From Actinomycetota bacterium (GTDB lineage Bacteria; Actinomycetota; Acidimicrobiia; Spongiisociales; UBA4744): a stretch of DNA of 52,970 nucleotides. A program made the translations under genes and the position numbers. Location: the NCBI GenBank assembly GCA_013152275.1, contig JAADGS010000026.1:124001-176970 (forward strand), read 5' to 3'. The notes beneath the pieces were generated by a model, which was not told the DNA's origin, ran no database searches, and saw only the letters and a list, made by a program, of their open reading frames with translations. Of the stretch, positions 1-10,082 are shown piece by piece (position 1 is the stretch's first letter; the number at the start of each line of letters is the position of its first letter).

Positions 1-2
1 TG

Positions 3-728
3 TTCGGGCGCGGGAGCAACATCCTCGTCTCGGACGAAGGTTTCGACGGCCTCGTCGTGCGCCTCGGAGCCGGGTTCTCCTGGGTGCGCATCGGAGACAC
101 GGTCTCGGCAGGCGCTGCGACCTCGCTGCCGCTCCTGGCGAGGACGGCGGTGAAGGCCGGTCGGAGCGGCCTCGAGTTCTTCGTGGGCATTCCGGGATCG
201 GTGGGGGGTGCGGTGAGGATGAATGCCGGCTGTCATGGTTCCGAGACGCGCGACCATCTCGTGTCGGCGATGGTGATCGACCTCGCACGTGGGACGTCGA
301 ATCGACTTGGCCCCTCGGATCTGAATCTGTCCTACCGTCATTCACGCCTCGGACCGCTCGACGTCGTGACGAGCGCCGAGTTTTCGACCGAGCCGGGGGA
401 GCGCGCAGCGAGCGAGAAGCTGATTCGTGACATCATCCGATGGAGAAAGGAGCACCAGCCGGGAGGAGTTCTCAACGCTGGGAGCGTGTTCAAGAATCCA
501 CCCGGAGATAGCGCAGGACGGTTGATCGACGAAGCCGGCCTGAAGGGTCTCACCGTCGGCGGAGCGCGGGTGTCGATGATGCATGGCAATTTCATCGAGG
601 CGGGACCGGAGGCGACTGCGGCGAATGTATATGCGCTCATACGCGGCGTTCAACATCGGCTACAGGAGATGGGTGTTGCTCTGGAGCCGGAAGTTCGGCT
701 GGTGGGCCGGTTCGGGGACGATGCATGA
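3..728 (+). CDS. murB: UDP-N-acetylenolpyruvoylglucosamine reductase (5'-truncated by window edge)
   Basis: Frame open from position 3 (FGRGSNILVSDEG); motifs GIPGSVGGAVRMNAG, GSVFKNP, HGNF, LEPEV; lies before ftsQ-ftsZ. Confidence 0.96.
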   Translation, partial: FGRGSNILVSDEGFDGLVVRLGAGFSWVRIGDTVSAGAATSLPLLARTAVKAGRSGLEFFVGIPGSVGGAVRMNAGCHGSETRDHLVSAMVIDLARGTSNRLGPSDLNLSYRHSRLGPLDVVTSAEFSTEPGERAASEKLIRDIIRWRKEHQPGGVLNAGSVFKNPPGDSAGRLIDEAGLKGLTVGGARVSMMHGNFIEAGPEATAANVYALIRGVQHRLQEMGVALEPEVRLVGRFGDDA

Positions 729-1474
729 GCATCGAGCCGCGTCTGGAGCGTCGGCGTCGCCAAGTGAGAGAGACGGCGGCTCGCAGGCGGCTGAGGACGG
801 TCCTGTGGATGATGGCGCTGGCGAGCCTGCTTGGTGTCGGGGCATGGTTCATTCAATCGCCGGGGCTGGCCGTGCAGGAGATTGGTTTGTACGGGGTGGA
901 GCATTCCGATGCTGCAACGATCATCGAGGATGCAGGTGTTCGCGTGGACGTACCGATGTTGAGTGTGCGGCCTCGCACCGTCGAAAGACTGCTCGAGCAA
1001 GACCCTTGGATCTCCGGGGCCAAGGTCAGCCGAACGTTCCCTCATACCGTGGAGATCCAAATACGTGAGCGAACGGTGGCAGCAGGTCTGCAACGGGCAA
1101 ACGGATGGTTGCTGATCGCTGCGGACGGCATGCTCCTGGGCCCGTCCGATCATGTTCCGGAGGATGCGGCGCTGCTTCTGTTTGGCGACATCGATCCCGG
1201 AGCACCCGGCGAACTTGCAGGTCGGGGACTGGTCGGCGGTGCGGTCGAATTCGTGGCGGCTCTCCCGGCGGCGATGCGTTCGGGGACCGTGATGGATGTC
1301 CGCGACGGCGAGCTGTGGTCACGTACCGCCGCGGTGTACGTCCGGTTGGGAGCACCCGCCGACATGGCGGCCAAAGCCGCCGCACTCGAAGCGGTGCTGG
1401 CCGATGGAGTGCCGGAGGGGTCTGTGATCAACTTGATTGCGCCATCCCGTCCGGCAGTAGAAGGCTCTAGTTGA
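725..1474 (+). CDS. ftsQ: Cell division protein FtsQ/DivIB (TM + POTRA)
   Basis: Basic N-terminus, single TM helix, POTRA-like PWISGAKVSRTFPHTVEIQIRER; ATGA overlap with murB; upstream of ftsZ. Confidence 0.88.
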   Translation: MSIEPRLERRRRQVRETAARRRLRTVLWMMALASLLGVGAWFIQSPGLAVQEIGLYGVEHSDAATIIEDAGVRVDVPMLSVRPRTVERLLEQDPWISGAKVSRTFPHTVEIQIRERTVAAGLQRANGWLLIAADGMLLGPSDHVPEDAALLLFGDIDPGAPGELAGRGLVGGAVEFVAALPAAMRSGTVMDVRDGELWSRTAAVYVRLGAPADMAAKAAALEAVLADGVPEGSVINLIAPSRPAVEGSS

Positions 1475-1549
1475 GGGTGAGGGGTTTTGGCTTTACATGA
1501 AGGTACAGTGACCTAAAGTTGTGGTGGAGATTCAAGTGAGGAAGTTGCT

Positions 1550-2590
1550 ATGAGTGGGCCCGCAAAGAAGAGTACATCTCCACAAAGCTACCTGGCCGTC
1601 ATCAAGGTCGTAGGAGTTGGAGGCGGCGGCGTCAACGCCGTCAACCGTATGGTGGATGCGGGCGTTCGGGGTGTGGAGTTCATCGCGGTGAATACGGACG
1701 CGCAGACTCTGCTCATGTCGGATGCAGACGTCAAACTCGACCTTGGGCGGGATATCACGCGCGGCCTCGGGGCCGGAGCAGATCCCGACGTTGGCAGATC
1801 TGCCGCGGAGAGCCATCGAGAGGAGATCGAGGAGATCCTCAAAGGGGCCGACATGGTCTTTGTCACGGCCGGTGAAGGTGGTGGAACCGGCACGGGAGCG
1901 GCTCCCATCGTGGCCGAGATCTCGAAGGAGATCGGAGCGCTGACCGTCGGTGTGGTCACGAGACCTTTCGGATTCGAAGGCCGGCGCAGATCGGTGCAGG
2001 CCGAGCAGGGGATTCAGAGTCTTCGCGAGGCGGTGGACACCCTCATCGTGATTCCGAACGATCGCCTTCTCGAACTGACGGACCCGAAGACACCGATGGT
2101 GGAAGCGTTCAAGATGGCGGATGAGGTGCTGACCGGTGGTGTGGCGGGGATCACAGGTCTGATCACCACACCGGGGCTCATCAACGTCGACTTCGCGGAC
2201 GTCCGCACGATTCTGACCGACGCGGGCACGGCGGTGATGGGAATCGGCCGGTCGTCCGGAGAGGGGCGAGCCGCACAGGCGGCGCAGCGAGCGATCTCCA
2301 GTGGCCTGCTGGAAACATCGATGGAAGGTGCCAGAGGCGTTCTGCTCATGGTCGCGGGTCCAGAAGACATGACACTGCACGAAGTGAACGAGGCAGCAAC
2401 GCTCGTCGCCGACAAGAGCGACGATCAGGCCGATATCATCTTCGGCGCGGTCGTGGACGGCGCGCTGGGCGACGAAGTTCGCGTTACCGTCATCGCCTCC
2501 GGTTTCGATCGTTCCCGGAGCCCGTCGGGATTCGCATCTGGGAGACTTCATGGGGACGATGATCTGATTCCCAGCTTCGTCCAGGGATGA
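1550..2590 (+). CDS. ftsZ: Cell division GTPase FtsZ
   Basis: [17 protein letters not shown] tubulin signature, NVDFADV, C-terminal DDLIPSF peptide; GAGGA RBS. Confidence 0.99.
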   Translation: MSGPAKKSTSPQSYLAVIKVVGVGGGGVNAVNRMVDAGVRGVEFIAVNTDAQTLLMSDADVKLDLGRDITRGLGAGADPDVGRSAAESHREEIEEILKGADMVFVTAGEGGGTGTGAAPIVAEISKEIGALTVGVVTRPFGFEGRRRSVQAEQGIQSLREAVDTLIVIPNDRLLELTDPKTPMVEAFKMADEVLTGGVAGITGLITTPGLINVDFADVRTILTDAGTAVMGIGRSSGEGRAAQAAQRAISSGLLETSMEGARGVLLMVAGPEDMTLHEVNEAATLVADKSDDQADIIFGAVVDGALGDEVRVTVIASGFDRSRSPSGFASGRLHGDDDLIPSFVQG

Positions 2591-3198
2591 ATCAGGGCCG
2601 TACTGCGTTCAGCACCGCCGAGGCCGGCGACCTGCGATCCGACGCCGGGGCACGCGCCACGTTCGCCGCAGCACTCGGGATCAGTTCCGAATGGGCGACG
2701 GTCCGTCAGGTACACGGCGGAACCGTCGTCCGAGTGCACCGGCCCGGGGATGCCGGCATGGCCGATGCCCTGTTCACGACCGCATCCGGGCTCCCTGTGG
2801 TCATCTTCACCGCGGACTGCTTTGCGGTCGCTCTCTATTGCGATCACGGTGTGGGTATGGCGCACGCGGGGTGGCGCGGTCTGTCCGCTCGGGTGATTCG
2901 CAATCTGAGAGAGGCCATGACCGATGCCGGGGCAGAGCCGACGCACGCGACGATCGGACCGGGAATCGGCCCCTGCTGCTTCGAGGTGGGCGAGGAAGTG
3001 GCTTCCGCGTTTGGCGGGCATGAGGCCGTTACGACGTGGGGAACGCCCAGCGTCGATCTCGCCGGGGTGGTGCGAGACGAACTCGACGGTCTCGAATGGT
3101 GGGAAGATGGGCGATGCACGCACTGTGGAAGTGGATTCTTTTCACACAGGCGTGATCGAACGACGAAGAGGATGGCAGGCGTGGCATGGTTGCCGTGA
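2587..3198 (+). CDS. pgeF: PgeF/YfiH (YlmD) laccase-domain protein
   Basis: [32 protein letters not shown] motifs; follows ftsZ. Confidence 0.93.
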   Translation: MNQGRTAFSTAEAGDLRSDAGARATFAAALGISSEWATVRQVHGGTVVRVHRPGDAGMADALFTTASGLPVVIFTADCFAVALYCDHGVGMAHAGWRGLSARVIRNLREAMTDAGAEPTHATIGPGIGPCCFEVGEEVASAFGGHEAVTTWGTPSVDLAGVVRDELDGLEWWEDGRCTHCGSGFFSHRRDRTTKRMAGVAWLP

Positions 3199-3863
3199 GA
3201 TTGGCCGAGATCGAGACTCGAATTCGACGCGCAACGGAGCGTTCAGGACGCGATCGTGGGGACGTTACGCTCGTTGCGATAGGAAAAGGACAGCCGGTTG
3301 ACGTGCTGCAGGCGGCGTACGACGCAGGACAGAGGGTGTTCGGTGAGAACCGGGCACAGGAACTGGTCGCGAAGGTAGAGCAACTTCCGGGTGACATCGA
3401 GTGGCACTTCGTGGGGCACCTTCAACGCAACAAGGCACGGTTGGTGCGCCCCATCGTTTCGTTGCTGCATTCGATGGACAGTGTGGCGCTGGGAGCGGCG
3501 TGGCTGAAGGGCCCGGGTTTGGCGCCTCCGGCGCTGATCGAGGTCAACATCGGTGACGAGCCCCAGAAGCCGGGCGTTCGGATCGAGATGGTCGAGGAGA
3601 TCACGGATCGTCTGATCGCTCTGGGTGTCGACGTTCGCGGTCTGATGGCTGTCCCTCCGATGGCTCAGGATCCCGAGGAGGTCAGGCCGTTCTTTCGCAA
3701 GTTGGCGGTACTGCGAACCAAACTTGCGCAACGCCGACCGGCGATCACCGAACTCTCGATGGGTATGACGGATGATTTCGAAGTGGCAATCGAGGAAGGA
3801 TCAACGATGATACGTCTCGGACGGGCTATCTTTGGTCCTCGCATGACAAGAGGGATCGTATGA
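3186..3863 (+). CDS. yggS: PLP homeostasis protein YggS/YlmE
   Basis: FGENRAQE, WHFVGHLQRNK, LSMGMTDDFEVAIEEGSTMIRLGRAIFG. Confidence 0.96.
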   Translation: MVAVRLAEIETRIRRATERSGRDRGDVTLVAIGKGQPVDVLQAAYDAGQRVFGENRAQELVAKVEQLPGDIEWHFVGHLQRNKARLVRPIVSLLHSMDSVALGAAWLKGPGLAPPALIEVNIGDEPQKPGVRIEMVEEITDRLIALGVDVRGLMAVPPMAQDPEEVRPFFRKLAVLRTKLAQRRPAITELSMGMTDDFEVAIEEGSTMIRLGRAIFGPRMTRGIV

Positions 3864-4360
3864 GTTCGTTGTTCCAGAAGGCGCTGCTCTATCTGGGGCT
3901 CGTTGACGAAGAAGGCCTCGATGAAGAGCGGTCGGAGGGCGCGGCCGTTGCGCCGCTTCAGTCGAACATTCGCACGGTGTCCGGCAACGAAGCGCAAGTT
4001 CGTGGGCGCAGAGTGGAGCCACCTGAAGAGATCGGTCGACAGGGTGTCTCTGCCATGCGGGCCACTCCTCGATCCGAGACACGCGCGGATATCGTGACGG
4101 CGGTCACGTTCGATGATGCGAAGACGGTCGCCGACCGAATTCGAGGCCGTCAGCCGGTGGTGCTGAACATGCGAGACACGGATCCGGACATGGTGCGGCG
4201 TCTGATCGACTTCGCCAGCGGTCTCACGTACGGCCTCGACGGTACGATGGGAAAGATCGCCGAAGGTGTGATCCTCATCCTCCCGCACGGCCTCAGTCTC
4301 GGCCGCGCCGAACGTCGACGTCTCGCAGACCTCGACCTCTATGCCGTGGATGACGAGTAG
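3860..4360 (+). CDS. sepF: Cell division protein SepF
   Basis: N-terminal amphipathic KALLYLGL; RRLIDFASGLTYGLDG motif; synteny. Confidence 0.95.
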   Translation: MSSLFQKALLYLGLVDEEGLDEERSEGAAVAPLQSNIRTVSGNEAQVRGRRVEPPEEIGRQGVSAMRATPRSETRADIVTAVTFDDAKTVADRIRGRQPVVLNMRDTDPDMVRRLIDFASGLTYGLDGTMGKIAEGVILILPHGLSLGRAERRRLADLDLYAVDDE

Positions 4361-4612
4361 ATGGCGCTCCTCTGCAATCTGATCTTCTTTTACGAACTGG
4401 TGGTGTTCGCTCGCATTCTCATCGACTGGTTCCAAGTGCCGTTCGATCATCCGGTGGCGAAGTTTCGTGATGTGCTTGCCGTTGTCGTGGATCCGGTGCT
4501 GCGACCCTTGCGGCGCGTGATCCCGCCGCTTCGCATGGGAGGGATGGCGCTGGACCTGTCGCCGCTGGTGCTATTGATTGGTTTGTCCCTTCTTCAAGGA
4601 ATCGTATGTTGA
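4361..4612 (+). CDS. yggT: YggT/YlmG (SepG) membrane protein
   Basis: DPVLRPLRRVIPP and LDLSP motifs, 83 aa; between sepF and divIVA. Confidence 0.92.
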   Translation: MALLCNLIFFYELVVFARILIDWFQVPFDHPVAKFRDVLAVVVDPVLRPLRRVIPPLRMGGMALDLSPLVLLIGLSLLQGIVC

Positions 4613-4654
4613 ACCGGGCTATGCTGCCGATGGCGGACGCTCAAAGGTGGTTGC

Positions 4655-5329
4655 ATGTCGTTGAATCCGATTGATATCGAACAGAAGACGTTCCGTGTTG
4701 CTCTCCGGGGCTATGCCGAAGAAGAAGTCGACGCGTTTCTCGATGAGATCGTTGCATCGATGAGATCGTACGAGAAGGGGCTCCAGGAGGCCCAGGAACG
4801 CATCAGAGAGCTCGAACGTCGGCTTTCGGAAACCCAGGAGTCCGAAGATCGGATCAGGAAGACTCTCGTCATCGCGCAAAAGACCGCAGACGAAGTGGTT
4901 CGCGAGGCGCGCTTCGAGGCGCAACAGATCCTGTCCGAGGCGCGGCTCGACGCTTCGGAGATCGAGACCGAACAGGCCAGGCGCCGCGAACGTCTGGGAT
5001 CAGAGGTCGGCATGCTCCAGAGAGTCGTCGGAGAGTTGCGGACCCACGTGCGCGACCTGACGGAGCGTCTCTTGACAGAGGTGGAGGATGTGGAGGCCAC
5101 CATGTCGAGTGTCATTCCAGACGAATACAGGGAACCGGAACCGGAACCGGGCTCCGAGCCGATCGAAGAGGGATTCGAGGGCGTCGGTGCCGCGGACGAA
5201 TCCTCCGAGGCCGTGGAGCGGACGGACGAGATCGACGATTCTGAGGACGAAGAGAGCTTCGACGAAGTTGAGACCGGAGAAGTCTATCTGGACTCGGGTC
5301 GACGTCCGTGGGAACGCTACGGCGACTGA
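4655..5329 (+). CDS. divIVA: DivIVA/Wag31 polar growth protein
   Basis: LNPIDIEQKTFRVALRGYAEEEVDAFLD N-terminus, coiled coil, acidic tail. Confidence 0.93.
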   Translation: MSLNPIDIEQKTFRVALRGYAEEEVDAFLDEIVASMRSYEKGLQEAQERIRELERRLSETQESEDRIRKTLVIAQKTADEVVREARFEAQQILSEARLDASEIETEQARRRERLGSEVGMLQRVVGELRTHVRDLTERLLTEVEDVEATMSSVIPDEYREPEPEPGSEPIEEGFEGVGAADESSEAVERTDEIDDSEDEESFDEVETGEVYLDSGRRPWERYGD

Positions 5330-5337
5330 GCCGGCCG

Positions 5338-5365
5338 GGAACCAGGTACTCGAAATCCGGTACTC
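5338..5365. repeat. Degenerate 7-bp periodic array
   Basis: ggaacca-ggtactc-gaaatcc-ggtactc between the convergent divIVA and ileS stops. Confidence 0.45.
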
Positions 5366-5383
5366 GAGCGAAGCTCGCCTCGC

Positions 5384-8300
5384 CTAACTCGCTCGTTCGA
5401 TGTGCACGTGGACCGTCGCGCCGTCGATGTTCAACGTCTGACCATCTTCCACAGTGCCGACGTGCTCGAAACTGCGCGCGAGCACCTCGGTCATGATCAG
5501 CTCACGATGCCGCTCGAGTGCTTCTGTCAGGCTCGCGTCATCAGTCGACCATAGTGCCGTGATGCGGTCGCTGACGGCGAGTCCACCGTCACGGCGCAGC
5601 TGCTGAATCCGGTTGATGAGTTCTCGGGCCAACCCTTCGGCACGGAGCTCGTCGGAGAGGTTCACGTCGAGGACGACCGACAGGGGCCCCTCGGCCGCGA
5701 CGACCATCCCGGGTTTCGGGCTGCGTTGCACGACGATGTCGGCGGAGGTGATTCGGCGACCCAGGATCTCCACGGGCGTTCCGGCGAGGATCGACTCGAT
5801 CGAGTCTCTGGACAGGTCGGCGATCGCTGAGGCAACGTCGCGAATCGCCGCTCCGAGACGCGGTCCGAGAGCCCTGAAGTTGGCCTTCGCGCGGATGTCG
5901 ACCGCAACGCTCTCATCGACACCGGTGAGGACCTGTTTGACGTTCAGTTCGTCCGCGATGATGGATGCATGGGCGTTGATCGCCTCGAGGATCAGCTCGT
6001 CGCCGGCGAAGACGGTGATTGATCGCAACGGCTGTCTGACTCTGAGGCTGTTCGCAACCCTGAGCGAGCGACCGAGCGTGACGACCGAGCGTACGGTCGC
6101 CATCTGCCGTTCGAGCGTGCCGTCGATGAGATCTCTTCTCGCAAGGGGGTAGTCGGAGAGGTGCACGCCGGCAGGTCCCTGCTCGCCAGGTTCCCGCTGG
6201 GTGACGACCAGGCCCTGGTAGATCTCTTCGGTGACGAACGGAAGGACGGGTGCAATGACCTTCGAGAAGGTCACCAGGACGTCATAGAGGGTCGCAAACG
6301 CACTGAGCTTGTCACTGTCGCTTGCTTCACGGGCACGCCAGAAGCGCCGCCGCGAGCGTCGGATGTACCAGTTGGTGAGATGATCGATGAACTCGATCAT
6401 CGGCGGTACGACCGCGTACAGGTAGTAGCCCTCCATCATCTCGTTCACTCTCGAGATCAGGCTTTGCAGCATCGACAGAATCCACCGGTCGAGCTCAGGT
6501 CGGTCACCGGGCGGTGGCGCCGCAGCGAGGTCCTGGCGCGTGATGCCGTCGGCCTCCGCGTACGTCGTGAAGAATGAATACGCATTCCAGAGGGGGAGGA
6601 TGACGGTCCGGGTCACCTCTTTGACGCCTGCCTCCGTGAAACGCAGCGGTTCGGCTCTCAGCAGTGGTGAGTTGATGAGGTAGGCGCGCAACGGATCTGC
6701 GCCATAGGAGGAGAGCACCTCCATCGGGTCCGGATAGTTCTTCAGGCTCTTGGACATCTTGTGTCCGTCCTCTGCGAGGATCATGCCGTTCACAACGCAG
6801 TTGCGGAAGGGCATCTCATCGAAGATCGCACTGGCAAGGACGAGCAGCGTGTAGAACCATCCTCTTGTCTGATCGAGTCCCTCGGCGATGAAGTCTGCAG
6901 GGAACTTGAGATCGAACGTGTCGGCGTTCTCGAACGGGTAGTGGTGCTGCGCGTACGGCATCGAGCCCGACTCGAACCAGACGTCGAGAACCTCGGGGAC
7001 GCGGTGCATGACGGCTCCGCACTCAGGGCACGGGATAGTGACCTCGTCGACGATGTGCTTGTGCAGATCGGTGAGACGAACGCCCGATTCTGCTTCCAGT
7101 TCGTCAACGGAGCCGATGCACGTCTGGTGGCTGCACGACTCACATTCCCAGACCGGGATACAGCTTCCCCAGTACCGATTCCTGCTGATCGCCCAGTCCC
7201 TGGCGTTTTCGAGCCAGTTGCCGAAGCGCTTCCTGCCGACGTAGTCGGGAACCCAGTGGATTTGCTCGTTGAGGTCGACCATCCGGTCCTTGATGGCCTC
7301 CACCTTGACGAACCAAGTTGGGATCGCCTTGTAGATGAGCGGGGTGTGGGTGCGGTAGCAGAAAGGGTAGGAGTGGCGAATCTGCTCGCGTTTCACCAGC
7401 AGACCGCGTCGCTCGAGCAGCTCGATGAGCACTGCGTCCGCATCTTTGACGTACATGCCGGCAACATCGGGCACATCTTCGGTGAAGCGCGCCTCGGCGT
7501 TCACCGGGTCCACGAGCACGTCGAGTCCGGCGTTCCGTAGAGCGTAGAAGTCGGCTTCTCCATACGCCGGTGCCATGTGGACGAGGCCGGTCCCGTCTTC
7601 GGTGGTCACCTCGGCGCTGGAGATCACCCGGAAGGCGCCGTTCTCCCGTTCGGTCTCGAAGTAGTCGAACGGAGGCTTGTATGCGGCACCGACGAGCTCT
7701 CGTCCCGATGCCGTTGCCACCACCTCGCCATCCGGCCAGAGGTCGTCCTTGCGGGCTTCGGCCACCCAGTGTCGCTCATGGTCGCGCAGGACCGCCACAT
7801 AGGAGATGTCTTCCCCGACTGCGACAGCGAGGTTTCCGGGCAGCGTCCACGGGGTCGTCGTCCAGACGACGAAATAGTCGCCTTCGCGTACAGGCCCGTG
7901 CGACCGCAAGACGGGGAGGCGTACGGTGATTGCCGGATCGTCGACGTCACGGTATTCGAGGTTGGCCTCGAAGTTCGAAAGGGGTGTTGAAGCTCCCCAT
8001 GAATACGGGAGTACCTTGAAGGCGCGGTAGATGAGGCCCTTCTTCCAAAGCTGCTGGAAGACCCACCAGACACTCTCCATGAAGTCGAGGTCCATGGTCT
8101 TGTAGTCGTCCTGGAAATCCACCCAGCGTCCGATGCGGCGGGTGATCCGCTCCCACGCCTCGGTGTTGGTCTGGACCCGGGCCCGGCATGCCTCGTTGAA
8201 ACGTCGAACGCCGTAGGCCTCGACATCTCTGGGACCGTTGAGACCGAGAGCCTCCTGTACCTCCATCTCGATGGGAAGACCGTGGGTATCCCATCCGAAC

Positions 8301-8557
8301 CGCCGTACGACCTTGTGCCCACGCATCGTCCAATAGCGAGGCACGATGTCCTTGATCACTCCGGCGAGGAGGTTCCCGTAGTGGGGACTGCCCGTTGCGA
8401 ACGGAGGACCGTCGTAGAAGGTGTACTCGGACTCCTGGGGGCGCATCTCGACCGATGTGTGGAAGGCGTCGATCTCGTCCCACAGATCGAGGATGCGTTC
8501 CTCGAGTTCCGGGAAGGATACGCTTGGTTGAACTCGGGTGAAGTGCTTGTCGTTCAT
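5384..8557 (-). CDS. ileS: Isoleucine--tRNA ligase (type 2)
   Basis: DGPPFATGSPHYGN, WTTTPWTLP, DWAISRNRYWG, EGLDQTRGWF, KMSKS; start placed at ATG 8557 (MNDKHF), with TACGAT -10-like hexamer 12 nt upstream. Confidence 0.97.
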   Translation of the reverse strand: MNDKHFTRVQPSVSFPELEERILDLWDEIDAFHTSVEMRPQESEYTFYDGPPFATGSPHYGNLLAGVIKDIVPRYWTMRGHKVVRRFGWDTHGLPIEMEVQEALGLNGPRDVEAYGVRRFNEACRARVQTNTEAWERITRRIGRWVDFQDDYKTMDLDFMESVWWVFQQLWKKGLIYRAFKVLPYSWGASTPLSNFEANLEYRDVDDPAITVRLPVLRSHGPVREGDYFVVWTTTPWTLPGNLAVAVGEDISYVAVLRDHERHWVAEARKDDLWPDGEVVATASGRELVGAAYKPPFDYFETERENGAFRVISSAEVTTEDGTGLVHMAPAYGEADFYALRNAGLDVLVDPVNAEARFTEDVPDVAGMYVKDADAVLIELLERRGLLVKREQIRHSYPFCYRTHTPLIYKAIPTWFVKVEAIKDRMVDLNEQIHWVPDYVGRKRFGNWLENARDWAISRNRYWGSCIPVWECESCSHQTCIGSVDELEAESGVRLTDLHKHIVDEVTIPCPECGAVMHRVPEVLDVWFESGSMPYAQHHYPFENADTFDLKFPADFIAEGLDQTRGWFYTLLVLASAIFDEMPFRNCVVNGMILAEDGHKMSKSLKNYPDPMEVLSSYGADPLRAYLINSPLLRAEPLRFTEAGVKEVTRTVILPLWNAYSFFTTYAEADGITRQDLAAAPPPGDRPELDRWILSMLQSLISRVNEMMEGYYLYAVVPPMIEFIDHLTNWYIRRSRRRFWRAREASDSDKLSAFATLYDVLVTFSKVIAPVLPFVTEEIYQGLVVTQREPGEQGPAGVHLSDYPLARRDLIDGTLERQMATVRSVVTLGRSLRVANSLRVRQPLRSITVFAGDELILEAINAHASIIADELNVKQVLTGVDESVAVDIRAKANFRALGPRLGAAIRDVASAIADLSRDSIESILAGTPVEILGRRITSADIVVQRSPKPGMVVAAEGPLSVVLDVNLSDELRAEGLARELINRIQQLRRDGGLAVSDRITALWSTDDASLTEALERHRELIMTEVLARSFEHVGTVEDGQTLNIDGATVHVHIERAS

Positions 8558-8668
8558 GTCGGTTCGAGCATCGTAGCGGCCGGCGTCCAGGATCCGGTTT
8601 CCGAACCTCCGAGTTGCTTCTCCACGATGCCTGAACATCGGTGGTGGCCCACTCGTTACCCTTGTGTC

Positions 8669-8959
8669 GTGTCGCCGTTTCATGCCCATCCGGAAGGAAC
8701 CGAGGTCGTCGTCTGGGTCGTTCCCGGCGCATCGCGGACCGAAGTGGCCGGTCTGCACGACGGAGCGCTGAGAGTGCGAGTCGCTGCTCCTCCCGAAGGC
8801 GGGAAGGCGAACAAGGCCGTGGTACGTCTGATTTCGGCGAAGACCGGTGGGAGAGTTCGTCTGCTGTCCGGCACTGCCTCGCGTCGGAAACGCCTGCTGA
8901 TCGAAGGCAAGACTCCGCGAGAAGCGGCGGGGAGTCTGTTGAGTGGCGCCGGTTCGTAG
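8669..8959 (+). CDS. DUF167/YggU family protein
   Basis: VVPGASR and LRVRVAAPPEGGKAN motifs; GTG 6 nt after TACCCT. Confidence 0.88.
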   Translation: MSPFHAHPEGTEVVVWVVPGASRTEVAGLHDGALRVRVAAPPEGGKANKAVVRLISAKTGGRVRLLSGTASRRKRLLIEGKTPREAAGSLLSGAGS

Positions 8960-9000
8960 TTCGTGCTTCGTATTCCGAACCTGGTATTTCGTATTTCGTA
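8952..9000 (+). repeat. Heptamer tandem array (TTTCGTA family), 7 in-phase units
   Basis: gttcgta gttcgtg cttcgta ttccgaa cctggta tttcgta tttcgta. Confidence 0.8.
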
Positions 9001-9210
9001 TCGCGATGCAGCAGTGATGCAGGACCGCGGGGCGGTGTGACGCCTCGAGTGCAACGGCCCCGTGTTGATCGGTGGGCAAACCAGTCGCCGGTTTCGCTCT
9101 GTCGGTTCTCGGCAAGAGTGTGCGGTTCCGGTTACCGGAGACTGAGCTTTGGGCACTCCTCATCTCATGATCTGTGCACAGGCCGGCAAGGTGCTATCTT
9201 CTCGTGGACT

Positions 9211-9582
9211 ATGACCCGTCAACTCTCGCCCTCCACCCTGGAGAAGTACCGGCGCCGCCTCGAGAAGGACCGGCAGGAGTTTCGACAGACGATCGACGCT
9301 CATCTGAAAGATCTCGAGGAAGCTCGGCTGGCCCAGGCGGCCGGAGAGCGCAGTGCCGATCCGACCAGTACGGAGACCGGTTCCGCTGCAACGGTGTTCC
9401 AAGCCGAGCTTTCCCTGGTCCGCAACACCAGAGAGTTGCTCGCGCAAGTCGATGACGCTCTCCGCAGGCTCGATGCCGGTAGCTATGGGATTTGTGTGGA
9501 CTGTGGGAAAGACATTCCGGCTGCACGGCTGTCGGCGCTCCCTTACACGACGTTGTGCGTCGAGTGCGCGGCAAGACGTTGA
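9211..9582 (+). CDS. TraR/DksA-family C4 zinc-finger protein
   Basis: ALRRLDAGSYGICVDCGKDIPAARLSALPYTTLCVEC; coiled-coil N-terminus; upstream of lspA. Confidence 0.92.
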   Translation: MTRQLSPSTLEKYRRRLEKDRQEFRQTIDAHLKDLEEARLAQAAGERSADPTSTETGSAATVFQAELSLVRNTRELLAQVDDALRRLDAGSYGICVDCGKDIPAARLSALPYTTLCVECAARR

Positions 9583-10037
9583 GGCGAAAGGCGACTGCGG
9601 TCGTCCTTGGAGCGTTCGTGGTGGCGCTCGATCAGGCCACCAAGGCGTGGGCCCTCAAGGGGATTCCGCCGAACGAGAGCATCATTCTGATCCCTGGGTG
9701 GCTTCGACTCCATGTGACGGAGAACTCCGGTGTGGCCTTCAGCATGCTCCAGGGCGCCGGATCGTTCCTCGTTCTGGCAATCATCGTCGCCGTCATCGTG
9801 ATTCTTCTGGCGATTCGATCTTCGGAGGGATGGTGGGAGACGCTCAGCCTGGGTCTGGTTCTCGGGGGGGCCATGGGCAACCTGGTCGACCGGCTGACCA
9901 GAGGCCCCGGCTTCTCCGACGGCAGGGTTGTCGACTGGATCGACCCGTCGTTCTTTCCGACATTCAACCTTGCCGACATATCCATCACCGTCGGGGTCGC
10001 GCTGCTGCTGCTTTTCAGTGTTCTGTCACGTGAATAG
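9579..10037 (+). CDS. lspA: Lipoprotein signal peptidase II
   Basis: LDQATK, NSGVAFS, GGAMGNLVDR, VVDWI, FNLAD; TTG start overlapping the upstream stop. Confidence 0.96.
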   Translation: MRRKATAVVLGAFVVALDQATKAWALKGIPPNESIILIPGWLRLHVTENSGVAFSMLQGAGSFLVLAIIVAVIVILLAIRSSEGWWETLSLGLVLGGAMGNLVDRLTRGPGFSDGRVVDWIDPSFFPTFNLADISITVGVALLLLFSVLSRE

Positions 10038-10082
10038 CGTGTGGGGCGGCCTTGGGGTCAATAAGAGTCTTCGAGAGCGGAC

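Noticed and set aside
9074..9160. c-di-GMP-I riboswitch suggested by GGGCAAACC
   Set aside because: No GNRA-capped P2 stem or downstream GCAAAG and P3 elements found
8558..9163. 200-aa N-terminal extension of IleS in the ORF track
   Set aside because: Overlaps the antisense DUF167 gene and a repeat array; IleRS similarity starts at 8557
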